NCBI GenBank assembly: GCA_964536615.1
Contig: CAZHYG010000001.1
Span: 6,200 to 70,199, forward strand
Length of the DNA stretch: 64,000 nucleotides
Source of the DNA: an uncultured Gammaproteobacteria bacterium
GTDB lineage: Bacteria > Patescibacteriota > Patescibacteriia > Magasanikbacterales > GWA2-37-8
Direction of reading: 5' to 3'
The position numbers and the translations under genes are program-made. A model generated the notes under the pieces. It worked only from the letters and a program-made list of their open reading frames with translations. It did no database searches and was not told the DNA's origin. This document shows, piece by piece, positions 21,401-30,119 of this stretch; the first letter of the stretch is position 1; every line of letters starts with the position of its first letter.

Positions 21401-24127
21401 TTAAGTGGCGCAAATAGAATTAAGTTTGAAAAAGCATTAGGTCGTCTAGAAACCCAAAATCCCGAAGAAGAGCAGGTTAAAAATCTAGCTTTGGTTTTTG
21501 CAAAAATGTCTCAAAAAGGCGATGAGCTGCAAGCTCAAATGAAACATTTGGGACCAGGCAAGGCATCGCTTGGCGATACATGGCTGCAAAATTATTCTGG
21601 TCGCGGCAGTTTGGGCAAATCGGTGGCGATAAATTCCGCTTTAGCAGGTGTATTTTTGGCATCGAGTACAGCCAGGGCTGCGTTTGGCGCGGTTGTTGGT
21701 GCGTATAGTGGCTATAAAACCGGCGAAAGAATGTTTGCCAAAAAAGAACAGCAAGTTGCTAAAGAAAAATTGTTGGAAAAAATTTCTCATTTTACTTACG
21801 GAGTCCAATCATTTGAGGCGCTTACTCCTCAAGCAAAAATTGCGTTTAAAGCTGATTTAATATACCTTAAGAAATTCTTACACGGAAATGCCGCTCAGGA
21901 AGATCTATTGGCCGCAGTGCAAATTACCGAAGCTGGGCCAGTCGTAGACCAAATGCTTCTTTCGCAGATAGAAAGCTTGATTCACGAGGCGGAAGATATG
22001 GGTGCGTTAATAGAAAATAAAGAAGATGGGATGAATTTAGAAAAAGTATTGGCAGCCATGCAAGAATATCAGGGCAAAATTTCTGAAAAAGATAAGAAAA
22101 AAGTTGGTGAGCGATTTGCAAGATGGCTGGCAAAAGGAGTGTACAAGTTTGGCGGTGCCGCAGTCGGTGGCGCGGCAAGTGCTGGAATATATCTTGTTGG
22201 CGGGCCATTAATTGGAAAGGCTGTTGGAGCATTGCGTTCAAAACTTGGTTTGGGTGCAACACATGATCTTGTATCAACTGAGTCTGCAAAGAACATTGCT
22301 GTAGAACATATCGACGGATTAGAATCATACCAAGACAACTCCAGTGCTTTAGAGCGTGCAGATGGTTTGGTTTCGTATCCAGACGGTTCCGGTTTTGCAG
22401 AAAATATAAATCCAGATGTAGCAAACTTTGCAGCCGAACATCATTTAAGCGAACATTCAGCCCAATATCTAAATCAATTTGGTTCGTTGCAAACACACCC
22501 AGAATCGCTTAATAGAATTTTGGAAGCAAGCCATATTGGAGGTGATGGCCGCTCGCATTTTACCGGCAGTAAATTAGATAATCTTATAGAAGTTGGCGGT
22601 GAGCGTCGCGCTGTGATTTTTGAAGAGTTGTTAAAACATGATAAGCAAGCAGCGATTAAATTTTTGGAAGATCAAGATTTTAGCAAACAGCACCTTACCC
22701 ACCTGGCTGTTTTTGCAGACAAAAAAGGCCATGTTGACTTTGTTAAATTTGTAGAGAAATATAATCCAAATGATAAAAAAATGTCCTTGGCTTTGTTTAA
22801 AGCCATGCAAGGTAAAGAAAACACCGAGCTGGCCAATGCTGGGTTTGTCCGTGCAGCCACAGCTGATCATACAGGCCGAATAGTTCAAGTAAAAGGCGGG
22901 GTGGAATATTTCGGCTTGGATAAAAATGGTAAGCCAATTTTGAGCGGAGATGGCCAGGTGATGGTGAGAGAAACTATTTTGAGGACAGGTTCAGCAGCTG
23001 AACATAACGAAGGTTTAAGTACTGATGATAAATTATGGGCAAATGCCAATGTTATGCGCGGTATGCGGGCTGACGGCACCCCATTTGAAGGTGATACCAA
23101 AAATGTTTTGCCTGAATTTTCACCTAAAGGTATCGCTCAGTTTATGCAAGGCGAAGCAGATAAAGCTCAGTTTGCTAAAATGGGCGAAGAGCATATCAAT
23201 GCGTTGGACAGACCGATTGGTAGAAATGATGTTACTCTTACCAAATTTAACGTAACCCATTTACTGGATAAAGAGGGTAATCCAATTGAGCGAAGGACTT
23301 TTGCAGAACAGCCTGCCGAATCTCCGGTACCAGATAATGCGTTCAAACCACTTAAGAATCCTCAAACAAGCAAAGAAATTGCTGGTAAAACAGCCGCTAT
23401 CTATACTGCTGATAAACTAGTGGAAAGAGGGCAGGTTGTGGGAAATAGAGGGGTGAGAAGTAGTTCTCCTTCAGAAGAAATGGTTTCTCGAAGTGAATTT
23501 GCGCAAACTGAAGAAGTTAATTCTTCTCCTTTGGTTGAAGCTGGATCAGAAACAAAACCCGCAGCAAAAGTTGAAACTACACCCAATACTTTAGAGTTAA
23601 CGGAAGCGCAGAGAGATTATGTAGATAAGCTAAATAATGTATTTAGATCTCTTACTGAAAATGAAATCGGTCAAAAAATGGACTCATACACGTTTAAAAA
23701 TGATTCTGAAAATGTAATATATAATGCTATAACTAATGAGTCAGCTTTTAAAAACTTCAGAGACTATATTGAAAGCCTTTCAAATAATAAGCAACCAAGC
23801 TTAAGTCAGCAAGAAATAAGAGAGTTTGACAACCTGTTAAAAACTTACGATGCTGGTAACCAAAATTGGTACAAGATGATTAAAAATGACGAGCTTCGCT
23901 TGATGCTTGATCCTAGTGACGCATCTATGGTTGCAAATAATAGTCATGCAGTAAGAATTTGGGACCAGGAAAAACAGGAAGAGTTGTTTATTACCAACCC
24001 TCAGTATACTTTTGTAACAAAAGGTGATAGCCTCTTGAAAATGGATGGTGATAGAGTGGTGGATACATGGAAAAACTACAAAGAAGCGATTGCTACCGCT
24101 AGACAGTCTTCAAATATGAATAGATAA
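18416..24127 (+). CDS. Giant hypothetical protein (1903 aa), coiled coils plus Gly/Ala-rich hydrophobic helices
   Basis: Uninterrupted 5.7-kb ORF; K/E-rich helical N-half; GxxxG segments (AGGAAGGAG, FGAVVGAYSG, GGAAVGGAASAG). Confidence 0.9.
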   Translation: MLRERVSNSDFKGAEIGKYKKGKRVVVNIEGEWQVRELFAPAAVEKGKLKLTLDKGDEIFVDSPPRIVKFSKLDTLTDDRKGGDFVVHGAFATQDGRLEYNLTTPDGKMYKGIPEEFLDVWSKTVAMEAEVEDLENNIQALGVKAQKDLHEKISKLKTALMGTFENLPKDFKAMTKSGKKDVASAVKKIKSLHAEAARHIDDLRLKIDEAKVNGAGKKSKIEHTETDTDKQTRKAQEEGSAAFKTKKAKSVKEFMGKRLEQDKEEALADKKRSVRNEYESKLKEWEDQKRAMARPEPKQPNYKAIQLDAVEENTIRQDYDKQLALMPQKMEYENAMDINRHLEDGFNSRRTQKLDEALDAKRKNTKDPKAALSKREVAMVEKELRTTLIGEAVEDFSELSAALEQKRKAMAAKEADPKAAGVDPNTGDYLSTRQEEINARLYDAFIKERIKQYDVARKDLEREEKDEIFKALENKKEEAYKKFLADSAEWDIEKSKLKKRPDEPVESSVVLTKDEEKQVAAKSKFETIKYLVDQNTDLKFSLVKKRMEKAKTDPDKENIITLSNGESDYNDDKKDEVNAELFDEVLADWEKTYEFKEKEHDANAEIFDFTNEINKINAAALDCEQSIPQTNGVPDKPYQGVYKELLKNKKDFANTLTALSGIDAAKKAGFIGAADGQEELYKAREREAEKINKIIDGLTQQIEKIKTIESFGEKFEQTEKMTPIDLRSSLVERILSLNVDQAKKAMKALYRGDATEEFKQLIGDTPPAGISEVELRKAGIKDWADFKELWDARLAKEVAVNMEEMAKQRILQKVAEAMDSLSGVWEKIKAIKGQMTLRAGLSALLVGGSAMTARTLLGSFSEVLHSAAVMAGGAAGGAGKWLVGSKLFGKDSAWGKDGAKAMQKLQAKTADDLVDSIVDEAFEFAFSPVQPPVQKGFFRKMWSFVSKPSEQEFTKTQHKKHMLDGMPMMSSVIAGTIRDITGGSLEVETAEGKVTLSGANRIKFEKALGRLETQNPEEEQVKNLALVFAKMSQKGDELQAQMKHLGPGKASLGDTWLQNYSGRGSLGKSVAINSALAGVFLASSTARAAFGAVVGAYSGYKTGERMFAKKEQQVAKEKLLEKISHFTYGVQSFEALTPQAKIAFKADLIYLKKFLHGNAAQEDLLAAVQITEAGPVVDQMLLSQIESLIHEAEDMGALIENKEDGMNLEKVLAAMQEYQGKISEKDKKKVGERFARWLAKGVYKFGGAAVGGAASAGIYLVGGPLIGKAVGALRSKLGLGATHDLVSTESAKNIAVEHIDGLESYQDNSSALERADGLVSYPDGSGFAENINPDVANFAAEHHLSEHSAQYLNQFGSLQTHPESLNRILEASHIGGDGRSHFTGSKLDNLIEVGGERRAVIFEELLKHDKQAAIKFLEDQDFSKQHLTHLAVFADKKGHVDFVKFVEKYNPNDKKMSLALFKAMQGKENTELANAGFVRAATADHTGRIVQVKGGVEYFGLDKNGKPILSGDGQVMVRETILRTGSAAEHNEGLSTDDKLWANANVMRGMRADGTPFEGDTKNVLPEFSPKGIAQFMQGEADKAQFAKMGEEHINALDRPIGRNDVTLTKFNVTHLLDKEGNPIERRTFAEQPAESPVPDNAFKPLKNPQTSKEIAGKTAAIYTADKLVERGQVVGNRGVRSSSPSEEMVSRSEFAQTEEVNSSPLVEAGSETKPAAKVETTPNTLELTEAQRDYVDKLNNVFRSLTENEIGQKMDSYTFKNDSENVIYNAITNESAFKNFRDYIESLSNNKQPSLSQQEIREFDNLLKTYDAGNQNWYKMIKNDELRLMLDPSDASMVANNSHAVRIWDQEKQEELFITNPQYTFVTKGDSLLKMDGDRVVDTWKNYKEAIATARQSSNMNR

Positions 24128-24147
24128 TTGATAATAACTAAAAAGTT

Positions 24148-24184
24148 AGAAAAACCTTGGTGAAAACCTAAGGTTTTTCTTTTA
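24148..24184 (+). terminator. Intrinsic terminator
   Basis: agaaaaacctt...aaggtttttct plus T-run. Confidence 0.75.
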
Positions 24185-24220
24185 TTTTAGCCAAAAATAC
24201 CCAAAAATACCTTCTAGCTA

Positions 24221-24249
24221 TTGACAAAAATAACAATGTATGGTATAGT
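24221..24249 (+). promoter_or_regulatory. Sigma70 promoter of the GC-rich block
   Basis: TTGACA-17-TATAGT with TG extension. Confidence 0.85.
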
Positions 24250-24492
24250 GCTCTATCGTTTGAAAGATGGCAGTATTGCGAGAGGTATTGCCAAACCTAT
24301 TAAACGAATGAATAGTCATGTTAGTTTTTTACAACCTCTCTCGCAAAGTGAGGTTTTACTGTTTCTAATTAGCGCGTCAATGTAATAGTTGATGTGCGAA
24401 CCGGTAACGGTAACACTCGTGCGCTTCGTGTGGTCGAGTGACCTTGCGAAGCAAACGGGAGTGAGGCGCCTTAGATGCGCCTTGGAGGTTCC

Positions 24493-25224
24493 ATGCACAC
24501 GCCTTCCTCGGGTACGCAGCAGATCACTGGCCAGCAGGCCGCCGTCAAGACCCAGGTCATCGATCGTGGCGGCTGGTCGAGCTGGGCCAGGCTCGCCTTC
24601 GTCGCGCTGGCTGTGATGCTCATCACCGGGCTCATCGCCTGGTCGGTGGTGGGTGGCGGCAAGAAGCCGTCCGCCGCGGGTGGCAGCGTCCACCACGCCG
24701 CCGACGGTGGTGTTGCCAGCGACGACAAGCCGGTCGTCGAGGCCACGAAGCCGCCCACGGTCGCGCTCGACCTGAGCCCGCTCAACACGAGCTTGAACGA
24801 GCTCAACACCACCTTGGGTGGCATGGGCGATAGCATCGCCAGCAAGGTCGGCGAGAAGATGGACGAGAGCAACGAGGTGATCGTCCAGAAGCTCGACCAG
24901 CTGCTCGCGCAGCAGGCCAAGCCGGATGATTCGTCCGGTGGCTCGGCAGGGGACAAGACCGACGACACCAAGGTCAACGGTGGCAGTGATGCCAAGCCAC
25001 CGTGCGACGATCATCTCAAGGCGCTCACGATCGAAGATCGTGTTGGCGCGCTAGAGACGTGGCGTACCGGGGTCGACAAGACCCTCAAGCGCCACACCCG
25101 GCAGATTCGTCGGATCAACGACCGCCTCGGTCAGCTCAGTGGTGCGCAGGTCACCGACCTGCCCGGCTACAAGACCGCGGTGGCGACCCACAGCGCTGTC
25201 GTGCACCTGAAGTACGACAAGTAG
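24493..25224 (+). CDS. GC-rich single-TM and coiled-coil hypothetical protein
   Basis: GGAGG SD, strong G/C third positions, TM LAFVALAVMLITGLIAWSVV. Confidence 0.8.
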   Translation: MHTPSSGTQQITGQQAAVKTQVIDRGGWSSWARLAFVALAVMLITGLIAWSVVGGGKKPSAAGGSVHHAADGGVASDDKPVVEATKPPTVALDLSPLNTSLNELNTTLGGMGDSIASKVGEKMDESNEVIVQKLDQLLAQQAKPDDSSGGSAGDKTDDTKVNGGSDAKPPCDDHLKALTIEDRVGALETWRTGVDKTLKRHTRQIRRINDRLGQLSGAQVTDLPGYKTAVATHSAVVHLKYDK

Positions 25225-25573
25225 ATTCCTCCTCAACCAGGCTGTCGTCAGATCGAGAAATCGAACTGACAACGCCTCAAGAGGGGAAGACGGGATGTTC
25301 TTCGCAAGAAGAGCATCCCGGGAGAAAATCATCTTCTTAAAACATATCATGTATTAGGAATATGATAAGCTCTAACAAAGCGAAAAGAAAATATAGTTCT
25401 TTAAAATTAAAAAACAAACAAAAGTAACCGTTGTTCCGTATTTATTATATTTATTAATATATATAAATAAATATATATAGTAAGTACGGAGCGACGGTTA
25501 AAAACACCGTCACCAACAACTCCCAGGCCCAACGGCCTGAAACCGGCCGTTGTGGCCAACCTTTGCCGGCTCT
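25218..25573 (+). repeat. 356-bp intergenic direct repeat, copy 1
   Basis: Identical to 26459-26814 on inspection. Confidence 0.95.
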
Positions 25574-25601
25574 AATGGAGCCAGAATTGCGAGTTCAGTC
25601 A

Positions 25602-26465
25602 ATGAAGACGATCCTTTGCGTGATGATGCTTGCCATCGCAACCTTCGGCGGCAACGCCAAGGCACAGCCCCGGGTCACCGTGACGCAGGACGTGCCGCCC
25701 CCGGAGCCCTGTGCTCCGGGCCAGCCGCGTGACACGGTCTCGCACGACGCCTCGGGCGTCGACGAGACCATCAAGGTCAACGGCCTCGAGACCCCGTGTC
25801 TCGAGCTCACGGTCCACCTGCCCAAGGCGATGGATCCGGCGCTTGCGCCGATCATCCCCACGGCCCCCATCGACAACGATGGTGGCCTGGATCGCCACGG
25901 CACGAGCACCAACGATCTCATCGAGATCTCGCGCACGGCTGCCTCGGCGGCCAACGAGGTCGCAAAGGCTCAGGCGCGGTGGAACTTCGGGCTGGCGAGC
26001 CAGGTGCTCGCGGTCTCGCACAAGGGCACGACCGCCTCGTATGGCCTCCTCGGCCTGTACGGTGTACGTGCCACCCGGGCCACGCTCGTTCAGCTGCAGG
26101 GTGGTCTCGGCAAGGACAGCGAGGGGAATCTCGCTATCGGCGCCGCGCTCATGGCGGGATACAAGGTCGGTGAGCGTGCTGCTGTTGGCATCGCGCTCAC
26201 CGGCACCGATTCCATCGATCAGAGGGGAGACAAGGATCGCGAGGTCCTCATGCTCCGTTCGGTCGGGGTCGGCCCCAGCGTCACGATGACGTTGGGCAGC
26301 ACCGTCAACGTCACCATCGCTGGTGGCGTGGCATGGAGCGGTAAGCCCATTGATGGGCGTCGTGTGGACGGTGTCCTGGTCGAAGAGCCGGGGCGTTCTT
26401 ACGCCTTCGGTGGCTACGGCACGGTCACGCTGAACCTCGGCCTCAAGGGCCTGTTCAGCAAGTAG
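25602..26465 (+). CDS. GC-rich secreted protein, possible outer-membrane beta-barrel C-terminal domain
   Basis: Signal peptide (AKA-QP); alternating beta-strand pattern (LVQLQGGLG, AIGAALMAGY, VTIAGGVAW, GTVTLNLGL). Confidence 0.75.
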   Translation: MKTILCVMMLAIATFGGNAKAQPRVTVTQDVPPPEPCAPGQPRDTVSHDASGVDETIKVNGLETPCLELTVHLPKAMDPALAPIIPTAPIDNDGGLDRHGTSTNDLIEISRTAASAANEVAKAQARWNFGLASQVLAVSHKGTTASYGLLGLYGVRATRATLVQLQGGLGKDSEGNLAIGAALMAGYKVGERAAVGIALTGTDSIDQRGDKDREVLMLRSVGVGPSVTMTLGSTVNVTIAGGVAWSGKPIDGRRVDGVLVEEPGRSYAFGGYGTVTLNLGLKGLFSK

Positions 26466-26814
26466 ATTCCTCCTCAACCAGGCTGTCGTCAGATCGAGAA
26501 ATCGAACTGACAACGCCTCAAGAGGGGAAGACGGGATGTTCTTCGCAAGAAGAGCATCCCGGGAGAAAATCATCTTCTTAAAACATATCATGTATTAGGA
26601 ATATGATAAGCTCTAACAAAGCGAAAAGAAAATATAGTTCTTTAAAATTAAAAAACAAACAAAAGTAACCGTTGTTCCGTATTTATTATATTTATTAATA
26701 TATATAAATAAATATATATAGTAAGTACGGAGCGACGGTTAAAAACACCGTCACCAACAACTCCCAGGCCCAACGGCCTGAAACCGGCCGTTGTGGCCAA
26801 CCTTTGCCGGCTCT
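26459..26814 (+). repeat. 356-bp intergenic direct repeat, copy 2
   Basis: Identical to 25218-25573 (offset 1241). Confidence 0.95.
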
Positions 26815-26835
26815 TCGGAGCCATGGAGAAAGACG

Positions 26836-28185
26836 ATGAAGAAGCTGATGATGTATCTGGTGTGCGTGGCGGCCCTCACGGGCTGCCTCCTCGAGAATGG
26901 CAAGGTCGTCGACGAGACGACCGACGCTGGTGTCGACGCCTCCGAGAGCAAGTGTACGGTCACCATCCGAGCGACCGACAGCATCGCCAACGAGAACGGC
27001 GACACCGCCATGGTGCAGTTCGAGCGGAGCAACTGCTCCCTCGACAAGCAGCTCGAGGTCAAGTTCGACCTCAGCGGTACGGCCAGCAGCTCCGACTACG
27101 TGGGGCTCGCGGAGTGGTACGCCCTCATCCCTGCCGGTCAGACCGAGGCCACCATCGTGGTGGTCCCGTTCAACGACACGATCGACGAGAGCGACGAGAC
27201 CCTGATCTTCACCATCCGTCCGGAGCCCCACCTCATCGTGGGTGCGCCGGCCGCGGCGACGGTGACGATCACCGATGACGACAGCCCGCCGCCCACGCCG
27301 TTCCTGAACTTCAGCTGCAGCCCCAACGGCATCACTGCCGGCGGTAGCAGCACCTGCACGTGGACTTCGAACGCCACGGCGTGCACGCTCTCCGGTGGCC
27401 AGTTCGGCTCCGGGGTGGCTCAGGCGGGTAACGGTTCGGTCGTGGTGAGCAACATCACCACGACCACGACTTTCGGCATGACCTGTAACAACGGTCAGAC
27501 CAAGTCGTCGACGGTGACGGTCAATACGCAGCAGCAGTGCACTGGCAACGGTACCCTGACGGCGAACACCCTGTTCATCGTCGTGGGGAGCCCCATCGAC
27601 TTGGACGCGACGTTCAACTGTCCGTCCGGTACGATCGCCCGAGTCGAGTTCAAGGTGGGTAGCACCACCCTCTGCACCGACACGAGCGCGGCCTACCACT
27701 GCGACTGGGACAATGCCACTGTCGGCACGCACACCGTCATCGCGACGGCGTACTCGGCGAGTGGCACCCAGCTCCAGCAGACCAACCCCCTCCAGATCGA
27801 GGTGGCGCAGACGTCGCAGCAGGTGTCGTGTCACGGCCTCGGCCTCTACTTCTCCAACACCCAGGTGAACAACATCACCCGGTGCACGAAGTGGAGCGCT
27901 ACGGGGTCGGGTACCGACATCGCCAAGTCGACGTTCGTGGATGGCGGTCTGGGCGCTTGCGCCCTGACCTGCTACGACCTCACGGGTAACACGGTCCTGC
28001 CGCTGGCGGTGACCGGTGTCTGGCTGCAGAACGGAACGAGCGACGTCACCCGGTGGTACACCAGTGGCTGCGCGCGGCTCCCGTGGCACCCCGCTGCCGA
28101 GCCCGACCAGGCTGGTGGCGCCTGGGACCGGCTTTGCGATCGTTCGGTCGCCAGCCTGAGTGGTCCGCCCAACACCAACCAGTAG
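26836..28185 (+). CDS. GC-rich lipoprotein with Calx-beta and Ig-like domains
   Basis: GGAG SD; lipobox ALTG-C; Calx-beta (SGTASSSDY, IPAGQTEATI, DESDETL, ATVTITDDD); Ig-like (RVEF...VGTHTVIATAY). Confidence 0.85.
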   Translation: MKKLMMYLVCVAALTGCLLENGKVVDETTDAGVDASESKCTVTIRATDSIANENGDTAMVQFERSNCSLDKQLEVKFDLSGTASSSDYVGLAEWYALIPAGQTEATIVVVPFNDTIDESDETLIFTIRPEPHLIVGAPAAATVTITDDDSPPPTPFLNFSCSPNGITAGGSSTCTWTSNATACTLSGGQFGSGVAQAGNGSVVVSNITTTTTFGMTCNNGQTKSSTVTVNTQQQCTGNGTLTANTLFIVVGSPIDLDATFNCPSGTIARVEFKVGSTTLCTDTSAAYHCDWDNATVGTHTVIATAYSASGTQLQQTNPLQIEVAQTSQQVSCHGLGLYFSNTQVNNITRCTKWSATGSGTDIAKSTFVDGGLGACALTCYDLTGNTVLPLAVTGVWLQNGTSDVTRWYTSGCARLPWHPAAEPDQAGGAWDRLCDRSVASLSGPPNTNQ

Positions 28186-28502
28186 TGGTGGACAAAGGTT
28201 CCCGAACCTAAAAAATCGGAAATGTCCGCGCCATTGATGTGAATCGAGGGTGTGGCAAGAGTCTTATCCGCGGGTTCTTCGGAACCCGCGCGATTGAATC
28301 AGTTTCTTACTTGTATAGAATAGGGAACTGATACTGATCGAAAACAATTAATACTAGTGTCAAAAAATAGAAAGTAGGTTACAATAGACCTACTTTAAAA
28401 TTATCATTCGAGATTTGAAAATAGTTTATTTTTAAATCTCGGGCAATAATACCCGACAAGTTCGGCTCATTTCCCGCCTGATGCGGGTGAATCGGGGTTG
28501 CA

Positions 28503-29249
28503 ATGAAGATTTTCTGCTGTCTGGTGCTAGTCATCACCGCTTGCTCCTTTAACCCGTCGGGTTCGCTCGACGGAGAGGTAGATGCAATGGGTGATGGAGT
28601 AGTCCTCACCCCCGACGCCCAGATCGATGCGCCCATCGATGCTCCGCCGCCCTTGGTGGCGAGCATTGTGGGAGACTGCTACGTCCGCCCGCAGGCTCCG
28701 CCTGCCGACGGGGTGACCGTGGGTCGTCCCAAGACCCTGGTCTGCCTCGCGGAAGCGAGGCAGTGTACGGCGACCAACAGCCGCGTTCCGAGCGCTCCGC
28801 TTCCCATGACCCCACCGGTCCAACCTGGTGTGGGCGAGTGGGAGGTTTCGTTCACCCCGGTGTTCACCGGTGTGAACGAGTTCACCTTCACCTGTGAAGG
28901 TGATGTGGGTAGTGTGGCGACTGCAGGACCGCTGGCACTTCATGCCATGTCCTTGCAGATCACCGAAGGAGTTTCGGTGATCGACCAGAGCCTCGGGCAG
29001 TACCAACTGCTCAATCGCAACGGTCGAATCCGGCTCGTCTGGGGTATCCCGGACGATCCAACGCCCCAAACGTGCGGCAACTCGGTTTCCGGGCTGCCAA
29101 CGGTCAACATCGGAAGTGGAGGGCGTCCGTGCGTGGGCGAAATCTACGACCTGCTTGTTCCAACGAACGGACCAGCGGGGACAGTGGTTCTTCGCTTCTC
29201 GTCGGCGTTGTATGTGGGGTCTGTGTCTGTTGCAGTGCCGGCCTCGTAG
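28503..29249 (+). CDS. GC-rich lipoprotein, paralog A
   Basis: Lipobox LVITA-C-SFNP, PDAQIDAPIDAPPP linker, Cys-containing beta-rich body. Confidence 0.8.
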   Translation: MKIFCCLVLVITACSFNPSGSLDGEVDAMGDGVVLTPDAQIDAPIDAPPPLVASIVGDCYVRPQAPPADGVTVGRPKTLVCLAEARQCTATNSRVPSAPLPMTPPVQPGVGEWEVSFTPVFTGVNEFTFTCEGDVGSVATAGPLALHAMSLQITEGVSVIDQSLGQYQLLNRNGRIRLVWGIPDDPTPQTCGNSVSGLPTVNIGSGGRPCVGEIYDLLVPTNGPAGTVVLRFSSALYVGSVSVAVPAS

Positions 29250-30084
29250 GGTTGGAGGGTGTAGTAAGAGGAAGAAATTCGAGGTGTAGACAGTGTTGGC
29301 AGGGTATCTTCCTCACAGAAATTTTTCCATCATTATTTGGTGGTGGAAAATAAGCTGTGCAAATCAAGCAAGAGGCCAGGAGGCCACATGTCTCTCAGAA
29401 CATTGTTTGCAGTGTTGTTGACGATAGTTTGTGGTGGCGGATGTAATCTGGTCTTCGGACTGGATGAGGTTCGCCTCACCCCCGACGCCCAGATCGATGC
29501 GCCCATCGATGCTCCGCCGCCCTTGGTGGCGAGCATTGTGGGAGACTGCTACGTCCGCCCGCAGGCTCCGCCTGCCGACGGGGTGACCGTGGGTCGTCCC
29601 AAGACCCTGGTCTGCCTCGCGGAAGCGAGGCAGTGTACGGCGACCAACAGCCGCGTTCCGAGCGCTCCGCTTCCCATGACCCCACCGGTCCAACCTGGTG
29701 TGGGCGAGTGGGAGGTTTCGTTCACCCCGGTGTTCACCGGTGTGAACGAGTTCACCTTCACCTGTGAAGGTGATGTGGGTAGTGTGGCGACTGCAGGACC
29801 GCTGGCACTTCATGCCATGTCCTTGCAGATCACCGAAGGAGTTTCGGTGATCGACCAGAGCCTCGGGCAGTACCAACTGCTCAATCGCAACGGTCGAATC
29901 CGGCTCGTCTGGGGTATCCCGGACGATCCAACGCCCCAAACGTGCGGCAACTCGGTTTCCGGGCTGCCAACGGTCAACATCGGAAGTGGAGGGCGTCCGT
30001 GCGTGGGCGAAATCTACGACCTGCTTGTTCCAACGAACGGACCAGCGGGGACAGTGGTTCTTCGCTTCTCGTCGGCGTTGTATG
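28604..30084 (+). repeat. 611-bp identical coding duplication (28604-29214 and 29474-30084)
   Basis: Direct repeat at offset 870. Confidence 0.95.
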
Positions 30085-30119
30085 GCGGATCAATCAGTGT
30101 GGAGGTCCCGGCCTCGTGA
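29388..30119 (+). CDS. GC-rich lipoprotein, paralog B
   Basis: AGGAGG SD, lipobox GGG-C-NLVFGLD, body identical to paralog A. Confidence 0.8.
   Translation: MSLRTLFAVLLTIVCGGGCNLVFGLDEVRLTPDAQIDAPIDAPPPLVASIVGDCYVRPQAPPADGVTVGRPKTLVCLAEARQCTATNSRVPSAPLPMTPPVQPGVGEWEVSFTPVFTGVNEFTFTCEGDVGSVATAGPLALHAMSLQITEGVSVIDQSLGQYQLLNRNGRIRLVWGIPDDPTPQTCGNSVSGLPTVNIGSGGRPCVGEIYDLLVPTNGPAGTVVLRFSSALYGGSISVEVPAS

Noticed and set aside
25218-26814. Integron attC or CRISPR interpretation of the repeats
   Set aside because: Only two 356-bp copies; no RYYYAAC/GTTRRRY-bounded attC recognised; no intI or cas genes; no short repeat-spacer periodicity.
24316-29939. Long antisense or alternate-frame ORFs in the GC-rich block (e.g. 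26695-28089, 25599-26591, 24316-25014)
   Set aside because: Shadow ORFs expected from high GC3. The plus-strand frames have signal peptides, recognisable domains and mostly SD sites.
28604-30084. DGR template/variable repeat pair
   Set aside because: The core is identical, end differences are not adenine-specific, and no reverse transcriptase is in the window.
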